Source of the DNA: Candidatus Heimdallarchaeota archaeon
Lineage (GTDB): Archaea > Asgardarchaeota > Heimdallarchaeia > Heimdallarchaeales > Heimdallarchaeaceae
Length of the DNA: 32,000 nucleotides
Direction: 5' to 3'
NCBI GenBank assembly: GCA_030668875.1
Contig: DAOVER010000009.1
Span: forward strand, 30,001 to 62,000
The notes below the pieces were generated by a model, which saw only the letters and a list, made by a program, of their open reading frames with translations, was not told where the DNA came from and did not search any database. This document shows, piece by piece, positions 1 through 9,084 of the stretch. A program made the position numbers and the translations under genes. The first letter of the stretch is position 1; each line of letters opens with the position of its first letter.

Positions 1-289
1 TAAATCTACGAATGAAAAACATAAATATTTGATAAAAAGCAGCCATTCTTTCATCAACATGAATAAATCTGAAATCATTGATTGGTCGAACATATTCTTT
101 TTCCCAATCTCTACAAGCTGCCTTCATTAATGCTTCTATTACATTTTCACTGAGATTTGGCATTGCTGTATGTATGCAATCCTGAAGTTTTTCTAATACT
201 TCAACTTGTCCCTTATTGAGCATTATCTTTCTCGAGCTAATAAGAGCCGAATTAAGTTTTCCTTGATCGAGCTCAAATGTAACACTCAT
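1..289 (-). CDS. Hypothetical protein, truncated at window start
   Basis: Manual translation from ATG at 289 is open for 96 codons to the window edge (MSVTFELDQGKLNSALISSRKIMLNKGQVEVLEKLQDCIH...). It is divergent from the gene at 453. No family recognised. Confidence 0.6.
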   Translation of the reverse strand, partial: MSVTFELDQGKLNSALISSRKIMLNKGQVEVLEKLQDCIHTAMPNLSENVIEALMKAACRDWEKEYVRPINDFRFIHVDERMAAFYQIFMFFIRRF

Positions 290-422
290 TACTAGGTAAG
301 CCTTCAAAGTTATCTATAAACTTTTGCTCGATATTGAAACAATATGTGACAAATAGTATCTTCTAATCATATCTAGAAACAACATAATCAGAGATTTCAA
401 ATAAAAGAACAATAGTAAAAAA

Positions 423-429
423 TTTTAAG
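423..429 (+). promoter_or_regulatory. Putative TATA box (TTTTAAG) of the 453 gene, probably leaderless transcript
   Basis: A-rich BRE-like run followed by TTTTAAG, ending about 23 nt before the ATG at 453. Confidence 0.45.
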
Positions 430-452
430 TCAGTTAATAGATACTGTAAAGC

Positions 453-1004
453 ATGTCAGTGCATTTTGAGAAACCTGGTGATCACACAGAAGAAGTACTC
501 AATTTAGTGCAACAGAAGGTGGATGAGCAAAAAATCTCTCAAGTTATAATCGCAACAACCAAAGGAGATACTGCTCTAAAAGCGGTTTCTTCCTTAAAGA
601 ACTGCAAGATTGTCATTGTAACACATCAGGCGGGTTTTAAGGAGCCTGGAGGAATGGAGATTGAAGAAAATATTATCAGAGAGATTGAAGCTAAAGGAAT
701 CAAGGTTGTAACTGCTACACATGCTCTTGCAGGTGTTGAAAGGGCTGTAAGAAAGAAACTAGGCACTTGGATGACTGTTGAAATCATGGCTCAAACGCTT
801 AAAATATTTGGACAAGGAACGAAAGTATGCGCAGAGATTGTAGCAATGGCTGCTGATGCTGGGGCAATTTCTCTAGATAATGTCATTGCAGTAGGGGGAA
901 CAGGTAGAAGTGCTGACACGGCTTGGATTATCAAACCAGTTCATACACATAATTTCTTTGACATGAAACTAATAGAATTAATATGTAAACCTAAAAACAA
1001 CTAA
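453..1004 (+). CDS. Pyruvate kinase C-terminal (alpha/beta)-like domain protein, conserved archaeal family
   Basis: Motifs HFEKPG..HTEEVL, IIATTKGDTA, VIVTHQAGF, FGQGTKVCAEI..MAADAG, AVGGTGRSADTA and LICKP are typical of this family. Confidence 0.8.
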   Translation: MSVHFEKPGDHTEEVLNLVQQKVDEQKISQVIIATTKGDTALKAVSSLKNCKIVIVTHQAGFKEPGGMEIEENIIREIEAKGIKVVTATHALAGVERAVRKKLGTWMTVEIMAQTLKIFGQGTKVCAEIVAMAADAGAISLDNVIAVGGTGRSADTAWIIKPVHTHNFFDMKLIELICKPKNN

Positions 1005-1006
1005 GC

Positions 1007-1711
1007 GTGAAAGCAATGTATTTTAATCCATCACAACTTAATTGGGTATTCGTTGTTGTGTCACTCATCGTCGTTTTTCTTACTTTGAGCTCAGTTTATC
1101 TGCTTGCTTATCTTAACTATAAACCATGGCAAGTTAGAAAAATAAGTCATATGATATTGCACACGGTTCTTGCTTTCTTTCCTTATTTCATAGACAATTT
1201 ATTTGATTTAATTATCACTTTAAGCATAACAATGGTTTTACTTCTTGTACTCTCTTTAATACCGCAAATCCAATTTCTTCCAAAAATCATTGAGAAATGT
1301 ACAAGGGAAGGGGATAGTAATATGCAAATGGTCATAAATTCTACAGTAACAAGTGTAGCTGTCCTACTAGTTTACGTACTTAACTTAGATAGACCTTATG
1401 TGTTTACAGCAGCTTTCCTATCAGTAAGCTTAGGTGATGGTCTTGGTGAAATGATAGGAAGACCATATGGAAAGATAAAATATCGCATTTTCGAAGAACG
1501 CTCCTTAGAAGGATCTATTGCAGTGTTTTTTGGAACAGCAGTTAGTATTTTTGTAGCCTTAGCTGTTAACCAAATGCTAGTAGTAGACATATGGTGGAAA
1601 ATAATTGTAATTGCACTAATAGGTACATTTGTTGAAGCATGTAATTACAGATTCATAGACAATGTTACATTACCTGTATCTATTGCTCTAATGATGTACT
1701 TGCTTTTTTAA
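1007..1711 (+). CDS. Dolichol/phytol (polyprenol) kinase family membrane protein, paralogue 1
   Basis: Multi-TM. RKISH motif, CTP-binding GDGLGEMIGRPYGK...RSLEGS and C-terminal DNVTLP. GTG start 2 nt after the upstream stop. Confidence 0.8.
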   Translation: MKAMYFNPSQLNWVFVVVSLIVVFLTLSSVYLLAYLNYKPWQVRKISHMILHTVLAFFPYFIDNLFDLIITLSITMVLLLVLSLIPQIQFLPKIIEKCTREGDSNMQMVINSTVTSVAVLLVYVLNLDRPYVFTAAFLSVSLGDGLGEMIGRPYGKIKYRIFEERSLEGSIAVFFGTAVSIFVALAVNQMLVVDIWWKIIVIALIGTFVEACNYRFIDNVTLPVSIALMMYLLF

Positions 1712-1760
1712 ATACAATTATTACAAATATTTTATAACCGGAATTTTCATTTGTGTACTG

Positions 1761-2470
1761 TTGGTGTACTTGATATTTGACCATACTCAAGCGAACTGGG
1801 TATTTGTTGTTGTGTTTTCCATTGTTTTTTATTCTATCCTCTGGATACCCTTCATACTAAAACAATTAAAAATTTCGAAGTGGTTAGCAAGAAAAAGTGG
1901 CCATATAGTGCTACATACAACTCTGGCACTTCTCCCTTTCTGGTTAACAAACCTTTTTGATTTTGTTGTAACAGTTGTTATACTTCTAGCTTTAGTCATT
2001 ATTACTTCTTTTATTCCTCAAATAAGAATGATAACTAAAGTCTTTGAAGGTAATTTAAGGGAGGGGGAAAAAAATTGTTTTTATCTATAAACGTTGTTGC
2101 AGCTATTGCAGCATTATTCATCATATTTTTTGTTTTTCATGATTCGAAATACATCATCATGGCGGTTTACCTTTCAGGTGCTTTTGGAGATGGAGCGGGA
2201 GAGATTATTGGAAGAAGATTGGGGAAAATTAAGTATAAGATATTTGTAGAAAAAAGTCTTGAAGGTTCTATTGCAGTTTTTGTTGGTGTAGTACTTAGTA
2301 TAGTTATTTCTTTTGCAATTTATGATATGATGACAATCTCTAACATATGGAAAATATTCGTTGCCTCAATAATTGGGACTGGGTTTGAAGCTTTGAATTA
2401 TGCTGGGTTAGATAATGCAACGTTGCCATTATCGGTAGCTGTTTCATTATATCTTTTCATGTTAATTTGA
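1761..2470 (+). pseudogene. Dolichol/phytol kinase family paralogue 2, split by a -1 frameshift at A7 (2068-2074): pseudogene, recoded gene or assembly error
   Basis: ORF 1761-2090 matches the N-half of paralogue 1 (NWVFVVV, RKSGH, NLFD, REG). ORF 2075-2470 matches the C-half (GDGAGEIIGRRLGK, KSLEGS, DNATLP). Adding one A gives a 236-aa protein versus 234 aa for paralogue 1. Confidence 0.75.
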
Positions 2471-3032
2471 GGCTCTTCTCAGCTGAAAGAAGATATGTTC
2501 CTCTTGTTAATCTCTTCCAATTCACAGAGAAACCAATTTCTTGACATTGATCTTTCAATTCTTGAGGAGAGAAAAATACACTTCCAAATCGCAATATTTT
2601 TTCGAAGATAAACAAGAAGATATTTCCGATATATTTCCTATCATATTCTCGTATAATCAATTTCCCATTTTCTTTCAGAACCAGATGACTCTCTTGGAGT
2701 GTTTCTTTCTGTTTCCGAATATGATGTAGAACATCGTTAACGAAAATCTGTTTAATAGTGTTTTCACGAAATGGCATAGAATCACCCGTACCTTGAACGA
2801 AGAGTAGATTGCGTGACTTGTTTTGAGCTTGCTTTAACATCTCAAAAGAACGATCAATTACGAGACATTCATTTACATAGTTTAAAAATAGAGTTGCCAC
2901 TCTGCCTGTTCCTCCTCCTAAATCCACGAGTAACTCCTCCCTAGAGTATGTTAAATCGTCAATAATCTTTTCTAAATCGAACCCTCTTATAATGCGGTCG
3001 TATCGTCCAGCTATTCGTGAAAAGAGATCCAT
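2457..3032 (-). CDS. Class I SAM-dependent methyltransferase (UbiE/MenG-like)
   Basis: MDLFSRIAGRYD N-terminus, motif I LVDLGGGTG, IDRSFEML, LHH, LKENGKLII. ATG at 3032 preferred because the longer ORF overlaps the adjacent gene on the same strand. Confidence 0.8.
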   Translation of the reverse strand: MDLFSRIAGRYDRIIRGFDLEKIIDDLTYSREELLVDLGGGTGRVATLFLNYVNECLVIDRSFEMLKQAQNKSRNLLFVQGTGDSMPFRENTIKQIFVNDVLHHIRKQKETLQESHLVLKENGKLIIREYDRKYIGNIFLFIFEKILRFGSVFFSPQELKDQCQEIGFSVNWKRLTRGTYLLSAEKSLKLT

Positions 3033-3084
3033 GTTAGAAAAGAAAATCACTATTTTAAAAAGAATAGGAAAAGACGAAAAATGT

Positions 3085-4068
3085 TTAACTAGCTTCTTCG
3101 TCCATTGTTGGCCAAGCTTCTTCCTTGTACCAGTAAGGCTTACGAATCCTTCCAAAAGCATTATGAGCAGCTATTGCGCCTTGTGCTACAGCAATAACTA
3201 TTAACTGGTATTGTGTTGCAATATCACCGATAGCAAAAATCCCTTCAATATTGGTTCGCATTTCTTTATCAACTTTAATGAATTTACCGTCGGTTTTAAG
3301 ACCAATATCATCAAAAAGCTCTAAGTTGGTAGACATACCAACAGCTAAAATACACTTATCTATGTCTATCTCTCTTTTCATGTGTGTATTAACATCTTGT
3401 AATATTGCTTTCTCTAAGAATTTATCTCCTCTAAGTTCAGCAATTTGATGTTCGTAAATAATTTCTGCTAAGTTGTCATCAACAATTTGCTTAACTTTTG
3501 TTTCTGCTGCTCTGAAACTATCTCTTCTGTGGACGAGATAAACTTTTTTAGCAATATCAGCTATCATGTGCACAGCATCGATAGCAGTGTCTCCACCACC
3601 AACAACTAGAACTTCCGAACCTTTGAAACGGTCAGGGTCAGTAACAAAGTTATAAACACCTTTATCTTTGATCTTGAATTTTCTTTCACCAGTTATTCCT
3701 AATTCTGCTGGTCTAGATCCTGTTGCAATTACTATACTTCTAAAATTATATCTGCCTTCATTTGTAACAATAGTTATTACATCATTTTTTTTATCAACAT
3801 TGATAGCTCTCTCATTTATAATTTCAGCTTGCACTTCACGAGCTTGTATGATAAACTCGTCAATTAATCTTTTACTTAGGATACTTGGGGTTCCAGGGTA
3901 GTTTTCCAGAATTTTACGACCATAGAGGGTAGTTACAATACCACCAAGACGACCACCTTCGAAAACTGTAACTTTGAGACCTTTGTAAGCAGCTATGATA
4001 GCAGCTCCTAGTCCACCAACTCCACCACCGATTATTCCTAAATCACCATAATAAACATCATCTGACAT
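3085..4068 (-). CDS. Thioredoxin-reductase-fold flavoprotein lacking CXXC, probably ferredoxin/flavodoxin-NADP+ reductase (YumC-like)
   Basis: GGGVGG FAD motif, ATG, GGGDTA, HRRDSFRA (NADP-type), GIFAIGD. The CXXC position reads YNFVTDPDRFKG. Confidence 0.75.
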   Translation of the reverse strand: MSDDVYYGDLGIIGGGVGGLGAAIIAAYKGLKVTVFEGGRLGGIVTTLYGRKILENYPGTPSILSKRLIDEFIIQAREVQAEIINERAINVDKKNDVITIVTNEGRYNFRSIVIATGSRPAELGITGERKFKIKDKGVYNFVTDPDRFKGSEVLVVGGGDTAIDAVHMIADIAKKVYLVHRRDSFRAAETKVKQIVDDNLAEIIYEHQIAELRGDKFLEKAILQDVNTHMKREIDIDKCILAVGMSTNLELFDDIGLKTDGKFIKVDKEMRTNIEGIFAIGDIATQYQLIVIAVAQGAIAAHNAFGRIRKPYWYKEEAWPTMDEEAS

Positions 4069-4127
4069 GTTAACCGGAAAACATAACTCACTAATATTTG
4101 TTTTGCATACGGCATTAGTTCAAAAAA

Positions 4128-5477
4128 CTAGCTTAAAGACTTCAAAACGTAGTCCTTAGCAATCATCAAAGCTTTACAATCATCGGAATTATAAGATATG
4201 GCTTTTTCCAAAGATTTTAGATCATTTCGTAGATACCAATTATCAAAGAGAATGATGCTTGTTGCACCATCAGTAAGAGGTTCATGCCATTGAAATCCTA
4301 ACCAATTGGCAACGTCTTTTAGTGTGTAAGTAAAAATGGGAAGAATTATGTTTTCCTTGAAGATATCAAAAAGATCTATTGAATGATTTTGAATTTTGTG
4401 TACTTTACTTCTAGGAAGATTATATTTATCTACAAGATTTGTAAAATATTGAGGTTCAGCTGCTGACCAGTGATAAAGAATATAGTCGTCATCTATGCTT
4501 GAAATAAAATCTAAAAATGCTACAATCATATCTTTTTCTTCTTCAGGAGAATTAGCTAAAAATGATTTATATTCAGTTTCACCATTTTTTCTAATTACGC
4601 AACCTATAATCCAAACAAAATCATGATGAGATGATCCTTCAACATCCACAAACAGTTCTATTTTGGATGTTGGAAAAGACATTTTTTTTCTGATTATTGC
4701 TTTCTTCTCCATTAAAGATTTAGCTTGCAGCTGGAAATATTCCAAATCTTTTGAAAGAAGAGCCTCGTCTTTTAAAATAGAAAGATCAGCTGTGGCTAGT
4801 GAAGGAATATCTGTGATATCATGAGAAAACAAGACTTTCTTAACCCTCTTTCCAATTCCACTTACCAGCGTTAAATCTAGCGTGTCAGCAGCAAGATTTC
4901 TACAATAGTATCTCCACTCACATACTCTGCAACCTCTTGTATAATTTGGAGATATTGATTGTTCTCCAGATTTAAGTTTGTAAATTAATGGGAGGTCAGT
5001 TGTGAGTTCAGAAATATAGCTTTCTACAGGATATTCAGTATCACCATTTTTTGATCGTATAATGAAATAATCAACTGGGTTATCATAAAAATCAGATAAG
5101 ATATAAGTTGCAAAAGTACCTTCCATCATCAAAGGTTTTCTTGCACGAGGATTGCTTCGAAAGAATGTTGGAATATAAATTGAAGCATGTGAAGGGGAGT
5201 TAATGTTGGTTTTTTCTAACTTGTCAACTTTGGAAGCATAACTTCTATTTCCAATCCAGCTTTGATTAATAACATGTTTCTCATTATCTATGGCTATGCT
5301 AGTATCTTTAATTCTGCTTGCTATTTGCTTAAATGTTAGTTCTTTACTCTGACTATCACGCTTACGTGTCTTCAAAATAGGATGCACACTCATTTCATCC
5401 TCAGGACCATGGTAGCTCAGATAAAGTAACATGGGACATTTGTAGAATAGGCGAATATCATAGTGAGTAATAAGCAT
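4128..5477 (-). CDS. TM0106-family RecB-like putative nuclease (Cas4-like N-domain, HhH, RNase H-like/DEDD C-domain)
   Basis: N-terminal CP and CRVCEWRYYC Cys pattern; HhH LTLVSGIG; C-domain FVDVEG, YHWSAAE, DLFD, YTLKDVA..LGFQW, YNSDDC. Confidence 0.8.
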   Translation of the reverse strand: MLITHYDIRLFYKCPMLLYLSYHGPEDEMSVHPILKTRKRDSQSKELTFKQIASRIKDTSIAIDNEKHVINQSWIGNRSYASKVDKLEKTNINSPSHASIYIPTFFRSNPRARKPLMMEGTFATYILSDFYDNPVDYFIIRSKNGDTEYPVESYISELTTDLPLIYKLKSGEQSISPNYTRGCRVCEWRYYCRNLAADTLDLTLVSGIGKRVKKVLFSHDITDIPSLATADLSILKDEALLSKDLEYFQLQAKSLMEKKAIIRKKMSFPTSKIELFVDVEGSSHHDFVWIIGCVIRKNGETEYKSFLANSPEEEKDMIVAFLDFISSIDDDYILYHWSAAEPQYFTNLVDKYNLPRSKVHKIQNHSIDLFDIFKENIILPIFTYTLKDVANWLGFQWHEPLTDGATSIILFDNWYLRNDLKSLEKAISYNSDDCKALMIAKDYVLKSLS

Positions 5478-5483
5478 TGAAGA

Positions 5484-5516
5484 AGGAAAAAAATTGCAAT
5501 CTTAAAAGATTTGCAA
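5484..5516 (-). terminator. Hairpin plus U7 tract after gatD, overlapping the TATA box of the next gene
   Basis: Minus-strand read TTGCAAATCT-TTTA-AGATTGCAA-TTTTTTT: an imperfect inverted repeat (one bulge) followed by a T-run, 11 nt past the gatD stop. Confidence 0.5.
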
Positions 5517-5527
5517 ATAGGAGAAAA

Positions 5528-6916
5528 TTAAAGATTCTTCATCATCTTATCTATTCCAGGTTCTACTCCTTGTAAAACTAAGTATCCTCTAGGTCCTTCT
5601 CTTGTTGTAATCTCACCTGCAACGTTGGTAAGCATAATATCTCTTACCTCGTCAACATTTCTAGTATGACCTAAAGCCCAACTAAGTTTTGTATAAGCTG
5701 CTGAAGGTAACATATTCTCACCTTCTATAACACCTCTTGCAAGCATGTCTCTCCCAGTCTCATAAACTCTCAATTGAGCAAAACCAAATAGAGGTTCAAC
5801 AACCATAATGACAGGAATTTCTTCTTCTTGACATCTTTCTAAAGCAGGATAGATGTCTGTGCCTACGTGGCTAAGCCCAGTACCCATTATCACGACGCCG
5901 TGATAACCGAGATCAACCATCGATTCTAACATGTCAGGATTCATTCCTGGATAAAAATACAGCATCCCTACGCGAGAATCTATCTTTGTATCTAGATGGA
6001 AGTCTTCTCTGTGTTTTCGAGGAGAAACATCATCTTTGAACCATGTGACACCAGTATCATCAATTTTACCTAGAGGGATATCTGATAATGTTCTAAAAGT
6101 ATCTCGTCTAGCGGAATGCATTTTTCTGCATCTAGTAGCTCGATGAATAAGATTGTAACTGTCACTAGGAGTTCCGTGCATAGCTATTACAACTTCCCCA
6201 AAATTTTCATAACCAGAGAGTCGTGCAGCATATAATATGTTTCTTGGTCCATCAGAAGATGGTCTGTCAGAGCTTCTTTGACTACCAACTAACACCACAG
6301 GTACAGGTAAGTTTCGGAGGAAAAATGACAAAGCACATCCTGTAACGCACATGGTGTCGGTTCCATGACCGATAATTATTCCATCAGCGCCTGATTCTAT
6401 CTCTTTTGCTATAGCTTCAGCTGTTTTAACCCAATACTCTGGTCTGAAATTTTCACTCAATATCTGGTAAAGTGTTTTTGGAGTCAGATTAACAGTTGAA
6501 ATTAGTTCAGGTACTGCAGAAAATAGTTCGTCAGGTGTAAAAGCAGGAAGAACAGCACCAGTTCTGTAATCCAATCTTGATGCAACTGTTCCACCAGTAC
6601 CTAGAAGTGTCACATTAGGTAAATCCTTCTTAAATTTCACATCAATATGAGGTAGCTTATAGTTTCCTTTATGAAATCCTATTTCTTTAATGGTTGCTTC
6701 TTCATCAATTAAGACACCTAAATTGTAACCCGTGTCAACTTTTAATGTTACATAATCATCATCGGTATGTTGACTACGAGGTAATAGTAATCCTTCATAT
6801 TCGGCATCACCTTTCTTTATGATGATTTTACTCCAAGTTCTGATTTTATCCTTAATCAATCTTTCACGCAATACTCCTCTGTACCCTTCAGGTTCCCCAT
6901 TACCATTGTTACCCAT
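5528..6916 (-). CDS. gatD: Glutamyl-tRNA(Gln) amidotransferase subunit D
   Basis: N-domain YEGLLLPR...TLKVDTGYNLG; asparaginase motifs TGGTVASRLDY, HGTDTM, GSQRSSDRPSSD, RKMHS.RRDTF. Adjacent to gatE. Confidence 0.96.
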   Translation of the reverse strand: MGNNGNGEPEGYRGVLRERLIKDKIRTWSKIIIKKGDAEYEGLLLPRSQHTDDDYVTLKVDTGYNLGVLIDEEATIKEIGFHKGNYKLPHIDVKFKKDLPNVTLLGTGGTVASRLDYRTGAVLPAFTPDELFSAVPELISTVNLTPKTLYQILSENFRPEYWVKTAEAIAKEIESGADGIIIGHGTDTMCVTGCALSFFLRNLPVPVVLVGSQRSSDRPSSDGPRNILYAARLSGYENFGEVVIAMHGTPSDSYNLIHRATRCRKMHSARRDTFRTLSDIPLGKIDDTGVTWFKDDVSPRKHREDFHLDTKIDSRVGMLYFYPGMNPDMLESMVDLGYHGVVIMGTGLSHVGTDIYPALERCQEEEIPVIMVVEPLFGFAQLRVYETGRDMLARGVIEGENMLPSAAYTKLSWALGHTRNVDEVRDIMLTNVAGEITTREGPRGYLVLQGVEPGIDKMMKNL

Positions 6917-6917
6917 C

Positions 6918-8864
6918 TTAATCGTCCTCCGTTACAAAAATCATTTGCTTAATTTTCTCGACCAACACTTTGCCCTCAAAATGGTAATTCAATTCCTTTA
7001 GAACTTCTCCCGTTATTTTACATAAAATTAATTCTTGATATTCTTTAAACTCTTGAATTTTGTTTAAATCATATTTGTCAATCTTTGACTGGATTAGATT
7101 TTCTACTTCCTTATTAGAAAGTTCAGGTAAGTCAAATTTTTCCTTAAGCTGCTCTTCTGTAGATTCAGGATTTTCAACCAGATAATTCAGAACTAAATCC
7201 ACTTGCTCTTTGAAGATAATTTTCTTAGATAAAACTCTTGCAAGTTTATCAATAATTTCAGTTGTTAGAAGGATATTCTTTCTCCTCTTCTCTCTAGGAA
7301 GGGCGATAAGAAGTTTGTAAGAGAGATTGCCATCCAACTGCAATTGCTCTGTATATTCAATAAATTTCTCTAATTTTTCATCTCTAATTAATAAATCGAC
7401 TTGTTGTTGATCTAAGCCATACTTCTCATGTAGTTCATTGAAAACCTCCCATGGTTTCTTACCAACACTTTTTGTCAATTCTTTAATTCTTCTTAATGAA
7501 ATAACAATAGGGGGAGTATCAGTATCAGGATAGATACGATCTTTTCCATGAATAACTCTCAAAAATTCTGAGTTACCATTGGTTAAAAATCTTCTAGTCT
7601 CTTGAGGTACTCCATCAATCGCCATCTTTACTCGTTCAACTATTTTCTTCATTGCATGTAAAGCACGTTTTTCAATCCCTTTAACTACAATGAAGGCATC
7701 GTTTTCTTTTGGATTAAGAACTGAACATATCTTGGAATACGTATCTTGAGTTATTGGCAGATCACTAGGATGTTCAGAATTTGGTCGCAATGAACCATCT
7801 TCAATTTCATCACTATGAAAATGATTTCTTCTAGGGATGCCTGATATCAGCATACTTTTTTCGAATATCTCAAGACCAAAATCCTTGTTTGGTTGCACTT
7901 CAGTTCCAAAAATACCTTTCATTTTTAGAAAAACTGTAGCAAATACTTTCTCATCAGTATCAAAAAATTGTGAGATATCAACATAAGTATGTTCAAAATC
8001 ATCTTTCTTTATACCACGTTTTAACATCTCCGATTTTATTTCTATGAGTGCATGTTGTCTTACAACTTCATGACGACACATTATATCGAATTTATCTAAA
8101 TCTTGAACACCTTTGATTTCTACTCGATCTCCTCCCGTAATGCTTATGTTAACGTCTTGTCTAGCAGCACCACTCCCTCTTCTACCAATCTTACTTATTC
8201 TTAACACTCGTCCAATTTGCTTTGCAGTTTCTAAAAGTTCTTCAGGATTATCTACATCTGTATATTCTGTTATAATTTCTGTTAATGGAACCCCTAATCG
8301 ATCTAAATTGTAATATACAGTTCTATTGGAAGTATCTTCCCAATTCACCCTTCTAGCAGCATCTTCCTCTATATAAACATTGGAAATTCGAACTTTTTTA
8401 CCATTAACTGGAACCCACCCATCTCTTGCACAAATAAAAGTTCGTTGGAAACCAGTTGTAATAGATCCATCTAGATACTGTTTTCTGTTAACAACTATTT
8501 CCTCAGCAAAAGCTGAGCAGTCAAAATAAGCAGAAAGAATGAAACCATTTTCTATCATTTCCATATCTGGGAAAAAAGGAGGGGTTTCATCCATATCATA
8601 GGTACATGTGTTCCGCTCGTTAGCAAGATAAATGACCTTGTAACCTTTCTCAAATTCTACAAGCATACCAGGATCAAAATCTCCCATCTCACCTAATACA
8701 GGACGGAAATATCGATAGAAACTATAATCCATATTTTCAGGATCTTCCTCTAGTATAGGAGGGCAATTACAGAACAGTTTTCTTTTGGATTTCAACTGGT
8801 GATGAACTTCAAGCCCAGCATGGAATCCTAATTTTTTGAAATCGAGATTGGAAGGGTCTAACAT
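6918..8864 (-). CDS. gatE: Glutamyl-tRNA(Gln) amidotransferase subunit E
   Basis: GLEVHHQL..RKLFCNCP, YLDGS..TGFQRT, EEDAAR, LDRLGVPLTEI, RQDVNISI, VPQETR, RIYPDTD. Confidence 0.95.
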   Translation of the reverse strand: MLDPSNLDFKKLGFHAGLEVHHQLKSKRKLFCNCPPILEEDPENMDYSFYRYFRPVLGEMGDFDPGMLVEFEKGYKVIYLANERNTCTYDMDETPPFFPDMEMIENGFILSAYFDCSAFAEEIVVNRKQYLDGSITTGFQRTFICARDGWVPVNGKKVRISNVYIEEDAARRVNWEDTSNRTVYYNLDRLGVPLTEIITEYTDVDNPEELLETAKQIGRVLRISKIGRRGSGAARQDVNISITGGDRVEIKGVQDLDKFDIMCRHEVVRQHALIEIKSEMLKRGIKKDDFEHTYVDISQFFDTDEKVFATVFLKMKGIFGTEVQPNKDFGLEIFEKSMLISGIPRRNHFHSDEIEDGSLRPNSEHPSDLPITQDTYSKICSVLNPKENDAFIVVKGIEKRALHAMKKIVERVKMAIDGVPQETRRFLTNGNSEFLRVIHGKDRIYPDTDTPPIVISLRRIKELTKSVGKKPWEVFNELHEKYGLDQQQVDLLIRDEKLEKFIEYTEQLQLDGNLSYKLLIALPREKRRKNILLTTEIIDKLARVLSKKIIFKEQVDLVLNYLVENPESTEEQLKEKFDLPELSNKEVENLIQSKIDKYDLNKIQEFKEYQELILCKITGEVLKELNYHFEGKVLVEKIKQMIFVTEDD

Positions 8865-8892
8865 TTGAACTGATTTAACGAAGCTAATGTGG

Positions 8893-8899
8893 TTTTAAA
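8893..8899 (-). promoter_or_regulatory. Putative TATA box of gatED
   Basis: Minus-strand GAAAA-TTTAAAA about 29 nt upstream of the gatE ATG. Confidence 0.45.
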
Positions 8900-9084
8900 T
8901 TTTCTTCAATGTAACATATTTTAAGGTAAATAATTTTAGTTAAGAAATTAATTAATAAGAAATTACCAAAAGGGGGCGTAAATAGATGTTAAAGGCGTTT
9001 CATACAGTTTAAGCAAAATAAAGTATCATCCGAATTATCAAAATAATTATAAGGAATAAGAATCAGAGTAGGATAGATACAACG

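Noticed and set aside
3085-4068. Calling this gene trxB
   Set aside because: There is no CXXC redox motif.
8865-9084. AAGAAATTA direct repeat in the gatE/Rab divergent region
   Set aside because: Two copies of a 9-nt AT-only-like motif are not distinguishable from background.
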